Both the position numbers and the translations under genes were made by a program. The notes under the pieces are model-generated. The model worked only from the letters and a program-made list of their open reading frames with translations. It was not told the DNA's origin and did no database searches. DNA of 56,808 nt from a virus (lineage: Duplodnaviria > Caudoviricetes): positions 1 to 56,808 of the IMG/VR virus record IMGVR_UViG_3300039916_000013, one strand, 5' to 3'. How positions within the stretch are numbered: the stretch's first letter is position 1; each line of letters opens with the position of its first letter. Shown here one piece after another: positions 26,343 to 35,814 of the stretch.

Positions 26343-27400
26343 CAGGCAGCCCGTGCTCGATAGCGGCGCAATCCGGCTGCGATATAGTCGATCTCGTATT
26401 CCATGCGGCATTTGCAGCCGATGCGGTGGCGGGCCGGCGCCCGCGGGTCATGCGGGTACATCAGCATCGTGCCATCGGCTGCCACGAATGGCTGGTCGAT
26501 CGGGATGCCTTCCTTCTTCGACTGAGAGGCAAGCTGGATATGCTGCAGCCGAGGCTTCTCCGACCCGGAATGCTTCCAAATCTTGGTGACCTCATTGACC
26601 GCGATCTTGCCGGACTCAATTTGCTGGCGGATCACATTGTCGCGAACCGAGAACAGCGCCGTCCTTGTTTCTTCCAGCCCGATCGTCTCGCCGCGGAGCA
26701 GAAGGTTCTTGTCAGCCAGGCGGCGGATGATCTTGCCGACCATCTCGGCATCCACTGCCCTGCCCTCGCGGACGGCTTTCAGAACCGATCGGTCAAAGCG
26801 CCTGTCCCGCGTAGTGAGTTCAAGGTATTGCCTCATCAATGCCGGATCGCCGGAAAGCAGCTTGGCGCGGGCTCCATTCTCTCCGTAGATAAACTCTACC
26901 TGCCGCGAGGTAAGACCGATCGTTCCTCCCTCGCGCCGGCCGGTGATCCTGCTCATGCGCCCAACGACTTCGAGAGCCGTTGCTGTTGGGTTCCTACCTG
27001 CGGCCAGCCCTGTCTCGAAGGCAGTGCGCAGTGCGAGCCTCTGGTCTTCCGTGATGTTCGTGACCAAGGTCGACGACTGCTCTCTGATCAGCCTTTCGGC
27101 TTCCATGTTGCGCACGCCGAACTGGAATAGGACGCGCGTCCCATCCGGTGCGATCAGCGAGGGTAGGCTCTGCACCATGCCAAGCCCGCCGGCGTTGAAC
27201 GCCTCACGCAGAGACATCTCCAAGGCTGCGAACGCATCAGGGTCGAACTGTACCGCGGCTACGGCGCCGGCAATATCGCCGCGCTCCAACCGTTCCACGA
27301 TCGTTTTGATCACGACCGCCGACTTGATCGCTTCGACGGCATCGCGAAAGGCCGCGGCGATCCTGGGAGGGTACTGTGAGAGAAGCTCGTCGATCGTCAT
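26342..27400 (-). CDS. Head morphogenesis protein (SPP1 gp7 / Mu F-like)
   Basis: KIW...R..H, F......LMYPHDP......IGCKC. Confidence 0.85.
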   Translation of the reverse strand: MTIDELLSQYPPRIAAAFRDAVEAIKSAVVIKTIVERLERGDIAGAVAAVQFDPDAFAALEMSLREAFNAGGLGMVQSLPSLIAPDGTRVLFQFGVRNMEAERLIREQSSTLVTNITEDQRLALRTAFETGLAAGRNPTATALEVVGRMSRITGRREGGTIGLTSRQVEFIYGENGARAKLLSGDPALMRQYLELTTRDRRFDRSVLKAVREGRAVDAEMVGKIIRRLADKNLLLRGETIGLEETRTALFSVRDNVIRQQIESGKIAVNEVTKIWKHSGSEKPRLQHIQLASQSKKEGIPIDQPFVAADGTMLMYPHDPRAPARHRIGCKCRMEYEIDYIAAGLRRYRARAA

Positions 27401-27759
27401 TGCATGCGACCCTGCACGATGAAGACGACGTTCGTCAGGCCGTCGTAGTTGTTCGGATCACTGGCGATCACATGATAGGTCTTGCCACCGGTAGTGACGA
27501 TGTCGCCGACACTGGGCTCGATCGCCAGCCCCGCGCTGCTGATATAGATCTCCCGGTCCGCGGTCGTAATCGTTGTGCCGTTGATGTAGCGCTGATCGTA
27601 CGTCATCGGCACGAGCGTGGCCGGATATCTGACCTCGACTGGGTCCCCACCGAGAACGTCATCAGGGGTCTCCATGCGCGTCACGGTGCTCTGCTGGCCG
27701 AACTCGGTAATAAGCCCATCGGCAACCGCCTGCATCTCTGCATAGTCGAAGGTCTCCAT
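27397..27759 (-). CDS. Head closure protein
   Basis: Synteny; PSVGDIV, beta-rich 120 aa. Confidence 0.75.
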   Translation of the reverse strand: METFDYAEMQAVADGLITEFGQQSTVTRMETPDDVLGGDPVEVRYPATLVPMTYDQRYINGTTITTADREIYISSAGLAIEPSVGDIVTTGGKTYHVIASDPNNYDGLTNVVFIVQGRMQ

Positions 27760-28271
27760 CAGAACCGATCCAGCATTGTGATGGACGTGTTCCCCCGAAT
27801 GGGGATCAATAGACCGGAGAGAATGCCATCGATCAATGCGAACGCAGGCTTTAAAGAAGCGGATGCCGCATCCTGATATTCGATCTCTTTCTCAAGCTGG
27901 CCTACCTTCTTTCTCTCCGACTTAATGCCGGGTGAACCGTCGGAGTCGGGGGAGAGGCTGCCGGGCTTGATAAGTTCGCGGAGAGCGGATTCATAGGCTG
28001 CAGAAACGACCTCTTCAGGAACATCGCCTTCGTCGATCGCTTCGGCGGAGGCATCTGTCGCCCCGATGCGCGGCCATTCGCGTTCTTGCGTTCTACCCGT
28101 TGCCTTCCGGCCGGAGAACCGCGCTCGGTATGTGAAATCAACCCAACGCGAGGCACGGAGAAGTGCCGCCTCTCGCTGAGAATCTGTTACGTCCACCGCA
28201 GACCACTGCGGATTGCCATTCGAGCTGTGGTAGGCCAAAGCCCCGCTCAGGGTGCCGTAGGTCAAAGCCAT
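27759..28271 (-). CDS. Head-tail adaptor (DnaT-like family)
   Basis: AALLRAS.WVD...G......Q...WPR, VPEEV..A.YE.AL, KVGQLEKEIEY. Confidence 0.8.
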   Translation of the reverse strand: MALTYGTLSGALAYHSSNGNPQWSAVDVTDSQREAALLRASRWVDFTYRARFSGRKATGRTQEREWPRIGATDASAEAIDEGDVPEEVVSAAYESALRELIKPGSLSPDSDGSPGIKSERKKVGQLEKEIEYQDAASASLKPAFALIDGILSGLLIPIRGNTSITMLDRF

Positions 28272-28663
28272 TTTCTGCCCTTCCCCTGCGAAGACGTGTA
28301 GGCGTCGATCAACTTCTCGGTGATGTACTGGATGCCGTAGGCTTCCATCTCAGTGCCAGGATCAGCCTCACCGATGTGCCGGCACAGGAACTGCCATACG
28401 TGGACGGCCTCATGCACGATGGTGGAGATGACCTCGAAGGCGTCTCGCTCCCCACCGTCACTGATCACCACATAAATACGGCCTACGCCTGTTTTGCGGT
28501 CTTCGATCCACTGAGTATGGCCCGCTGATTGGGGCTTAGAGGGCCAAGGGTCGCTTAAGCCCATTGTCTTCATTTCTTGGTCCCACGCCTTCTCGGATGG
28601 GACAAAGCCGATCGCGACCGGTTGCCAGCCGCGATCGATCCATATCACACGGTTCTTCTTCAA
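28262..28663 (-). CDS. Hypothetical protein with HExxH zincin-like motif
   Basis: TIVHEAVH...EMEAY. Confidence 0.7.
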   Translation of the reverse strand: MKKNRVIWIDRGWQPVAIGFVPSEKAWDQEMKTMGLSDPWPSKPQSAGHTQWIEDRKTGVGRIYVVISDGGERDAFEVISTIVHEAVHVWQFLCRHIGEADPGTEMEAYGIQYITEKLIDAYTSSQGKGRKWL

Positions 28664-29244
28664 CCGCGGCGCTTCAGCTCGGCTTCGATTGCAGCATTGG
28701 CTTCTTCACCGTTGCTGATCGGATCGCTGCTCACCTTGGACGCCAGCGAGCGGCGCTCTTGCCAAGTGAGGTCGCGCCAGTTTGCCGGAATCTCCAGCTC
28801 GCTACCCTGGTTGACCTGGTTGGTCGCGAGGCCGCCGGCCGGCTGATCGCCGATGATCTTCTGAGCACCGGGGAATACCGCCTCGCCGGCCCTCTCGATC
28901 GTCTGAGCGGGGTTACCGGTGGACACGTCCGTATTGCTGGCCTTGATACCAATCCCGCCGACAGCAGACACCTCGGCATTGGCGGCGAAGTTGCCCTCGC
29001 TGTCAGCCAGAAGCCGAGCAGTGCCCTCCGGATCAGGCCGGATGGGCTCGATGCTGGACAGCGCGCGCGATGACTGGCGAGACGCTTTCTCCGCCTGCTC
29101 CGCCATCTTCTCGAAGGCATTCGCAAGACGCTCTGTAGCGTCTCCTCCGCTGCGGTTGGCCCGCGAACGAAGGATCTGTGCACGGCTTTCGTCACGGCGA
29201 GCGATCGCCTCCGCCAGAAGCGGATCGTTTTCATGATCGGTCAT
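28660..29244 (-). CDS. Hypothetical head-associated protein
   Basis: GGAG RBS, follows capsid gene. Confidence 0.7.
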   Translation of the reverse strand: MTDHENDPLLAEAIARRDESRAQILRSRANRSGGDATERLANAFEKMAEQAEKASRQSSRALSSIEPIRPDPEGTARLLADSEGNFAANAEVSAVGGIGIKASNTDVSTGNPAQTIERAGEAVFPGAQKIIGDQPAGGLATNQVNQGSELEIPANWRDLTWQERRSLASKVSSDPISNGEEANAAIEAELKRRG

Positions 29245-29293
29245 GATGTTTCTCCAGATTGGGGGAAGTGGTGAGGGGCCGAGGCCCCTGCAC

Positions 29294-30298
29294 TCAGCCG
29301 TTCGTGACGACGGCGACCATGCGGATGAGTTTCGGATCGTAGACCCGAGTCCAGTTCCCGCCCGTAGCGAGTTCGCCGTCGGTCACACCTGCCGCCGAAG
29401 CCGGTATGCCACTGAACGAAACGCCGCGTGGATGCATGACCCAATGCCTGCGGTACCAGACAGTCTCGACGCCTTCACCGTTGCCGGCTGCAGCAACGCT
29501 ATCGACCTCGACTGGCTTCTTGGGCCCGCCCTCTCCGGTCGCCTCGGCGTAGCCAATGGCCCCATTGCCGAAGAGGTAGGAGGTGTATTTGAAGCCGGAC
29601 GTCGTGCCGGCTTCGCGAGGGCACTGGTCGGAAACATATACGACCTTGTCGTCCCACATGTCGAAGTCGAGGCCGGTAGCCGGGTCCTTGAACTTCTCGA
29701 TCGCTCGTGCTGCACGCAGGTTGTAGAACACCCGCGAGTGCATGAGCACGGCCGAGAGCGTCTGGCCGTACTCGCCAAGCAACGCGTAAGCGTTGGCCGC
29801 GATCTCGGCATCAAGATTGACCGGGGTCGTGGCGCCTGCTTCCGAGGCGACGTTCAGGACGTTGCCAGCCATCGAGGCGGCAGCGAAGACGCCCTTCATC
29901 TGCTGGCCGAGAATGCGCTGCTCTTCGCGCACCCAGTATTCGCCAATCAGCTGAGCGACAGCGTCGAGCGGGTCTTCTGCGAGCATCGATGCAACCAGGT
30001 TGGCAGACTGCCAACCGTTGTTGCGGCGGATCTTCCGGGCCATATCCTGGCCCTGGGTCATTTTGTTCGGCGTAGCGCTCTGAGCCGGGTCGTCTGTCGA
30101 GACGTTGGAGTTGCCGGTCAGGTCATTCCAGAACGGCATCTGAACGAGGTCGCCGGGACCATTGGCAAAGCGCTGAAGCTCGCCGTCGGTGGAGACGATC
30201 GGCGAGTTGCGGATGCGAGACAACTGCGCAATGCGTTGGATCGTAGTCGGGAGGAAGAGCGGGCCATAGATGACGTCGCTCAGACGGGTGGTTGCCAT
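29294..30298 (-). CDS. Major capsid protein
   Basis: MATTRLSDVI, MPFWNDL, LMHSRV, HPRGVSF, NWTRVYDPK; AGGAG RBS. Confidence 0.92.
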   Translation of the reverse strand: MATTRLSDVIYGPLFLPTTIQRIAQLSRIRNSPIVSTDGELQRFANGPGDLVQMPFWNDLTGNSNVSTDDPAQSATPNKMTQGQDMARKIRRNNGWQSANLVASMLAEDPLDAVAQLIGEYWVREEQRILGQQMKGVFAAASMAGNVLNVASEAGATTPVNLDAEIAANAYALLGEYGQTLSAVLMHSRVFYNLRAARAIEKFKDPATGLDFDMWDDKVVYVSDQCPREAGTTSGFKYTSYLFGNGAIGYAEATGEGGPKKPVEVDSVAAAGNGEGVETVWYRRHWVMHPRGVSFSGIPASAAGVTDGELATGGNWTRVYDPKLIRMVAVVTNG

Positions 30299-30342
30299 TG
30301 CAAGGCTCCTGTCGTTTGGAGGATGTGGGGTGGATTGGGTCC

Positions 30343-31222
30343 GGTCACCCCACTGGGCATGACCACTTCTTTCGCTGGCGCCACTGGCGCCCGGTTACCA
30401 GGTAGGAGTGACGCCTGCGGCCTGGGCCATCTGGCGAGCCTTGGCTGCGTTCTCCTGAATGAGCTGCTGCTGCTTGGTCAGGTTCGGCTTCTTGCCGTTG
30501 CTGCTGTCCCATGGGTTGTCGCCGAACTGCCGACCTTCGCCGCCCTTGGCATCGCCGCCGGTTGCCTTGGCAACGAAGGGCTTTCCTTCATCCAGGCTCG
30601 CCCAAGAACGAACGTAATCAGTGAGAGGTGTCCGGTCGTTCACGCCGTCGTCAGCGAAGACCTGGATCGCATCGTCGTCCTCGACGAGTTTGATCTGCCC
30701 CTTCTCCTTAAGCAGCGCTTTGGCGGCAGGGAGGTATGTCTTGTCGATACCGGCTTCGAGCAGGGCCTTGGTTAGACCATCGTCGACCATTACACGACGG
30801 AGGGTGCCGTCGAGCTTGTTGGCACGGGCTTCAAGCTTCTCACGGTCTTTGGCGAACTTCGCCTCGAGCTGCGTCTTCTGAGCCGCAAGGCGCTCTTCGA
30901 TCTTCGGAGGCTCCTTGCCATCGGCTTGCTGCCGAAGGGTTTCGTAGGCCTCATTGTCGAAATCGTCCGGCAGGCCTTCGAGGCGGCTCTCTGCTGCGGT
31001 CAGCTTGTCGCTGATGGTGCGCTTCTCACCGCGCACGCGATCGAGCGCTGATTTGAGCGCTGCGGCTGCGGGGTGAGACTCGATCCCGTCTACCGCGAGG
31101 ATGAACTTGCCGTCCCTCTCTTCGTAGAGCGAGCGGAACTGCTCCTCGACACTGTCGAGGTTGTCGATGATTGCTTTCAAAGCCACTGGCTTACTCCTTG
31201 GTGCGCCCGGCCACTGCCGGAC
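30343..31222 (-). promoter_or_regulatory. Five C-AGU-G loop RNA hairpins near scaffold and capsid starts
   Basis: At 30343-30364, 30377-30391, 31144-31160, 31180-31192, 31205-31222; stems differ, CAGTG is constant. Confidence 0.7.
30395..31186 (-). CDS. Capsid scaffolding protein
   Basis: Coiled-coil, Gly-rich linker, NPW..NLTKQ tail; GTG start with AAGGAG RBS. Confidence 0.85.
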   Translation of the reverse strand: MALKAIIDNLDSVEEQFRSLYEERDGKFILAVDGIESHPAAAALKSALDRVRGEKRTISDKLTAAESRLEGLPDDFDNEAYETLRQQADGKEPPKIEERLAAQKTQLEAKFAKDREKLEARANKLDGTLRRVMVDDGLTKALLEAGIDKTYLPAAKALLKEKGQIKLVEDDDAIQVFADDGVNDRTPLTDYVRSWASLDEGKPFVAKATGGDAKGGEGRQFGDNPWDSSNGKKPNLTKQQQLIQENAAKARQMAQAAGVTPTW

Positions 31223-31250
31223 ATGATGCGCCCGCTGGCTGCAGGCTGGA

Positions 31251-32624
31251 TTATACGAGGGCGGCTTCCTGTTCCTCCGGGGAGCCGAAGCGTTCTTCGT
31301 CGATAAGCTTCATTTCAGCTTCGTGGTCCCGTTCGGCGCTGGCGATCTCGCCGCGCTGAAGGTTCTCGTAGAGCGTCTCGTAAGCGATCGCGCCGTTCTG
31401 CCATAGCGAGACCAGCGAGGACGCCTGCTCCGGCGTGAGCGTTGCGTCGACGAACGAGAGGTTCGGCTTCACTGTCACCGCTTCAGGCTTTTGCCCGATC
31501 ATGATGGCTATCTGCCGGAGCGCTTTTTCAAGACCCTGAGCGCTCGATAACGCGATTGACGTTAGCGTAGCGGTCTCGGCTGCAAACCGGATGCGCAACG
31601 CGTCTCCGCTCTCGACGCTCTTGCTTTCGCTGCTGTTGAACAACCTCGCGCCGGACTGAGCGGCGTTCTGCCGTTCGTCTAGAATAGCTGTGCGGTGAGC
31701 AGCGATGCCGGTACCAGCTGGCCCGACGTATTTGACATCAGGAGTGCCGGCGTTGTCGCCTTGCTTGATTGCGATAACCGCACCAGCGCCAACGGCCGAC
31801 GGCGGGTCACCGTTGATGACGACGAGCGTTTCCTGCCCGGTCATGAAGAGCTGCCAGCGGTAATCTGCTGAGAGCTGGTAAAGCGCGATCGCCGAGCGCG
31901 ACACGCCGAGGAGTGGCGGAAGCTCTGGCGCCAGTGAAAGATCACGAGCGCCAATGACTACAAACGGGATCTCGTTGAGCTTGGCATTGCCCCTGCCCGA
32001 GGGCGTCACTTCATCCCCTTGCGTGCGTTGCGTGCCGGTGTAGGTCTGGACTGTGTAGGTTCCTTCCTTCATCTCCAGCACGCGGAAGCGTTGTTCTGGC
32101 TCCCAGCGAAAGCCTTCCCGTATTAGCCCGCTCTCGTCGAGGACGAACATCGAGCGATCGTCGGCCCAGTTGATGAGCGCTTCGGCGGAATAGCCGGCCA
32201 ACCAGGGCAGGTCCGAGCCTTCCGGCGAGGCATCGGCGAGAAGAGCATACCGACCGGTGGTCAGTAGCTCCGAGGTGACCCGGCGGTGCAGCGCTTCAAG
32301 TGGAAGACCATCTTTTGTCGCCTTCTCCCAAAGGGGCTGCATTGCGTCCGGCAGTTCGATCTGGGCTTCGGTGCGATGGATCACGCCGACCATCCCGTGA
32401 ATTGTCGGCAAGACGATCTCCGGGAATTGCGCCCGTGTCTGGTATGCCGCGTAGAGTGCGCGGCCTCCGTCCGACTGGGCAGAGAAGCCCGAAGGTTGGG
32501 GCAGATAGGTCGGGCCGGCGCCTTTGACTTCCTTCTCGCCGCCAGCCGTATCCCGCATGAGCGACCATTCGTCGACTCGCTGGATGTAGGAAGGGTGCTT
32601 TGTGTCGACGGCGTTTGTCATCAA
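31251..32624 (-). CDS. Portal protein (DUF4055-type)
   Basis: HPSY...W...RD...G...VK....YLP pattern; follows terminase. Confidence 0.88.
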   Translation of the reverse strand: MMTNAVDTKHPSYIQRVDEWSLMRDTAGGEKEVKGAGPTYLPQPSGFSAQSDGGRALYAAYQTRAQFPEIVLPTIHGMVGVIHRTEAQIELPDAMQPLWEKATKDGLPLEALHRRVTSELLTTGRYALLADASPEGSDLPWLAGYSAEALINWADDRSMFVLDESGLIREGFRWEPEQRFRVLEMKEGTYTVQTYTGTQRTQGDEVTPSGRGNAKLNEIPFVVIGARDLSLAPELPPLLGVSRSAIALYQLSADYRWQLFMTGQETLVVINGDPPSAVGAGAVIAIKQGDNAGTPDVKYVGPAGTGIAAHRTAILDERQNAAQSGARLFNSSESKSVESGDALRIRFAAETATLTSIALSSAQGLEKALRQIAIMIGQKPEAVTVKPNLSFVDATLTPEQASSLVSLWQNGAIAYETLYENLQRGEIASAERDHEAEMKLIDEERFGSPEEQEAALV

Positions 32625-34030
32625 TAGAGTCCTTGCACCGTCGTTGTGGTGGTCACTGGCGGTGAGGCTATGAGCGCATTGAAGGCTCGGCTCGTGCTGT
32701 CCGCATCGTCGTCGTGCGCGGCTTCCGGAAAGCTCTCCAGTGCGGTGAACCAGTCCTCATTCCATCGTCCACGGATCACGAAGACATTGCCGGCCTCAGC
32801 CTGAGCTGAAAATCCGCTGAAGCGCGTGATCTTGTCGCCGCTCTCCGGTGATGACCGGACGGCAAAACCGACAAGCATCTTCGTCAACGTCGCTACTTGG
32901 CTTTTACCCGCTTGCCCCGGATCCTGCGGCAACGAAATGGCGACTGCTTTTCCATCCCCATCGGCCGTGTTCTTGATCATCCGCTCGACACCAGCCGGTG
33001 ATAAGCGATCTCGTCTATGATCGCCGATGAAGTAACGACCGTCCGGCGTCTTGCCTATCAGCGTGCCAGCAGTCCAGTCGGGGTCGTTGCTCTCGGTTTT
33101 CGGCGTCCCGGCCAAGTCCCAGCCGCGCATCCATCGAACATCGTGCGGCGCAGCGTCGACGACCTGGCACCAAGCGCGTTGGAAGTAGAGCCCGGCTGCG
33201 GGCCTGATCTTCCAGTTACCGCCAAGAAGGCGTTCCCGCTCCACCGTCGGCAATGCCATGAGGCTGGCGAGATAGCTCGGATCGGCCGCCATGAGCGCCC
33301 TGTTGTCGCTGAGCTTGGCCGGGATGAACGTCACGGACTTTGGCGGGATCGGTGCGTCTGCCCCGTCCTCATTCGGCGCGGTATAGTGCGCGAGATCCTG
33401 CGGGCTATTGCCCCAAATCAGCGCATCACCAATGCGAACGAACCAGCGAAGAACACCGGCCCTCTCTTGTATGGGAAGACCGGTCTCCTGATTGATCCAC
33501 CAGTCAATGAAGTCCGCCACCCAGCTATCAGCATCCGGATTGCAGGTTGCTCGGATATATGGCCGAACGCCGCTCATCGAGCGGTTACGCGAGACCATGT
33601 ACCAGAACTGCTTGGCGCTGAAATGCGTGAGCTCATCAAAGCAGATCAGCGGGATCTGCGAGCCCTGCCAATTCAGAACCGTCTTGTCATGTTCGAGATG
33701 CGCGAAGGAGACAGACGCCCCGGAGGGAAAGCTCCACTGCAGCACATGCTCTTTGGGCGCGGCTCCAATCGCTGGATACAGCTTTTCGCTCTCGTCCCAC
33801 AGGCCGCCTTCGTTGCGCACCTGCACCGTGGAGCGACGAAAGAATACCGCGCCAAACTGCGGGTTCGATACATGGCGAAGAGGCTCCATGAGCAGCGCCC
33901 ATGTCTTACCGCCTCCCGCCGACCCGCCGTAGATCGCAATGTCCGCCGGCGAACCGAGAAAGGCCATCTGAGGACCAGGTTGCGGCCGAATGATCTTCTG
34001 CGGTGCTGCCGGCGCTTCAGCTCCTGCCAT
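32621..34030 (-). CDS. terL: Terminase large subunit
   Basis: Walker A YGGSAGGGKT, Walker B ICFDE, ATCNP, nuclease GWDLA...HDDDAD. Confidence 0.95.
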   Translation of the reverse strand: MAGAEAPAAPQKIIRPQPGPQMAFLGSPADIAIYGGSAGGGKTWALLMEPLRHVSNPQFGAVFFRRSTVQVRNEGGLWDESEKLYPAIGAAPKEHVLQWSFPSGASVSFAHLEHDKTVLNWQGSQIPLICFDELTHFSAKQFWYMVSRNRSMSGVRPYIRATCNPDADSWVADFIDWWINQETGLPIQERAGVLRWFVRIGDALIWGNSPQDLAHYTAPNEDGADAPIPPKSVTFIPAKLSDNRALMAADPSYLASLMALPTVERERLLGGNWKIRPAAGLYFQRAWCQVVDAAPHDVRWMRGWDLAGTPKTESNDPDWTAGTLIGKTPDGRYFIGDHRRDRLSPAGVERMIKNTADGDGKAVAISLPQDPGQAGKSQVATLTKMLVGFAVRSSPESGDKITRFSGFSAQAEAGNVFVIRGRWNEDWFTALESFPEAAHDDDADSTSRAFNALIASPPVTTTTTVQGLY

Positions 34031-34481
34031 TGTCGGGCAACTGGAAGATCGTCACCGGTGACACTGGCACTGGCAAGTCCTTACCATCCTTCCCTGTCAG
34101 CTCGCGCCGATTGGTGTAGCTTCCGCCGACTTCCTCGGCAGCCTGCTTGAGGAGCGAGGACGCCAGAACCATGTTGCCGCTCGTTTCGGCCTTGTCTGCC
34201 ATGCGCTGCAAAGCGCGTAGGCGAACAGCCCGGTGGCTGATCGCTACGGAGGCGGTATCTTCGAGAAACGTCTTACGGGTCTCTTCGAACAAGGCTTTCC
34301 AGCGATGCGACAAGTTGCGCCCTGCTTTCTTGGTAGGGTCGTAACACTCCACCGCCTGCGGGCTGATGACGACGGCAAATTCCCTCTTGAGGGAAGCCAC
34401 CACGACCGCCGGGCTGTCGAAGCAAGCTAGAGCCTGCACGGCAAAGGTTTGCTGTTCCCGATCTAGCTTTGCTTTGGCCAT
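34017..34481 (-). CDS. terS: Terminase small subunit (DUF2280-like)
   Basis: LACFDSP, YDPTK, RLRALQRM, ELTGKDG. Confidence 0.85.
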   Translation of the reverse strand: MAKAKLDREQQTFAVQALACFDSPAVVVASLKREFAVVISPQAVECYDPTKKAGRNLSHRWKALFEETRKTFLEDTASVAISHRAVRLRALQRMADKAETSGNMVLASSLLKQAAEEVGGSYTNRRELTGKDGKDLPVPVSPVTIFQLPDNGRS

Positions 34482-34562
34482 GTTTCTATCAAGACGCCAT
34501 CAGGTAGTGCGCTTGCCTTTAGGCGAGGTTATGAGACGCTGCGGATCCATTGAGGACCCGCC

Positions 34563-35096
34563 ATGATTCTGCTGCCAACTGTCACAGTGAAGCTCATATT
34601 CGATGTATCGCCAGGAGAGCTGATTGCCTTCGCATTCAGATCTCACCGAGCTCTCGGCCTTGCTCTGTCAAGAGATGACGGCCGAGTGCTTATTGGCCTA
34701 CTGAAAACCGAGGAAGAGCTGGTTGATCCCCTGCCGCCGTTTGCGATTCATATCGAGCGGCGATCCGCCGGCCGCGCTGAATGCCTGTCGTACGGCGCAG
34801 ACTGGGTCATGGACCTTGCGCCTAGCGCTGGCAGCATCCCGGGTAGACGAAGCGATTGGAACACCTCGGGATCGATCTACTTAGACGCTGACGGCGCAAG
34901 GATCTTCTTCAAGGATCTGGCTGAGCGATCTTTCGGAGGCGGATACTCGTTCAACCTTTCAACGAATGAACTCACAGGCGACACAGACACTGGTACGCCA
35001 CACTTGTCATGGCGGATATGGGCGACTGAGGCTGATCGAGACCACCCATCACGCGAACCATTGTTTATCTTTGAACAGGCTCCTCGCGCGGATTGA
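34563..35096 (+). CDS. Hypothetical protein (moron)
   Basis: 177-aa ORF antisense to late operon, GAGG RBS. Confidence 0.7.
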   Translation: MILLPTVTVKLIFDVSPGELIAFAFRSHRALGLALSRDDGRVLIGLLKTEEELVDPLPPFAIHIERRSAGRAECLSYGADWVMDLAPSAGSIPGRRSDWNTSGSIYLDADGARIFFKDLAERSFGGGYSFNLSTNELTGDTDTGTPHLSWRIWATEADRDHPSREPLFIFEQAPRAD

Positions 35097-35097
35097 A

Positions 35098-35790
35098 CTA
35101 AGCGACGCGAAGATTGCACGTTCCACATGCATGTTCGATACGAGCGCGAGCAATCTCGGGTGGGCGGTTGGCTGCATCGACCATGTCCCTCACGCCTGAT
35201 GCATCTGCACCATAACGACGGACGACACCGACGAACTGCTCAACGTCATGCCCGCGGATAGTGAACACTGGCTCTCCAGTGCTCTTGCTGAACTTGGGCT
35301 GGCCGAATGCATCGACATCCTGGGCAGCGTGGTAAAGCTCGTGCTCGACGAGTGCCATGAACTCCGCGTCTCCACACTGTGCGCAGTATGCAGCATCGAG
35401 CGTGATGATGAAGTCCGGTATAGAGCCGAACCACTCTTCTACCTGCATGACTGCACGGGCGCGGGGCCACTTTCCCATCGCGCCTTGCGGTGATCCTGTC
35501 TCGCACTGGCCGATCACGCGCCGGCCCTTGCTGTTGTTCTCGATGGCTGTCCAGAGGAAGCCTATGCGAGCGTTGGCGAGGTGGGCATGATCCGGGTTGG
35601 CGACAGGGGAAGCCTCATCAAAGAATGTGGCCTCTACCCATGATGCGACTTCAGGGGCGGGCTCGAATGGCTTGCCGCCGACTTCCAGCATGGCTGCTGG
35701 TGGATAGGGGCGCGCCAGCGATACCATCTGCTTGCCTTCTCTTTGCTCTTGGGCGAACGTCTCATGCCGTGCGTTCTTGAGGACCGGCAT
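35098..35790 (-). CDS. Putative phage metallopeptidase (core likely starts at 35727)
   Basis: NPDHAHL, PDFIITLDA, HELYH, GHDVEQFVGVVRRYG. Confidence 0.85.
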   Translation of the reverse strand: MPVLKNARHETFAQEQREGKQMVSLARPYPPAAMLEVGGKPFEPAPEVASWVEATFFDEASPVANPDHAHLANARIGFLWTAIENNSKGRRVIGQCETGSPQGAMGKWPRARAVMQVEEWFGSIPDFIITLDAAYCAQCGDAEFMALVEHELYHAAQDVDAFGQPKFSKSTGEPVFTIRGHDVEQFVGVVRRYGADASGVRDMVDAANRPPEIARARIEHACGTCNLRVA

Positions 35791-35814
35791 GGGGTAACCT
35801 TGGGAGTATAAAAG

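Noticed and set aside
32621-34030. Intein or intron in the terminase
   Set aside because: Length (469 aa) and motif spacing are normal and continuous
29243-34150. Long + strand ORFs 29243..30775 and 33017..34150
   Set aside because: Antisense shadows of capsid/scaffold and terminase genes
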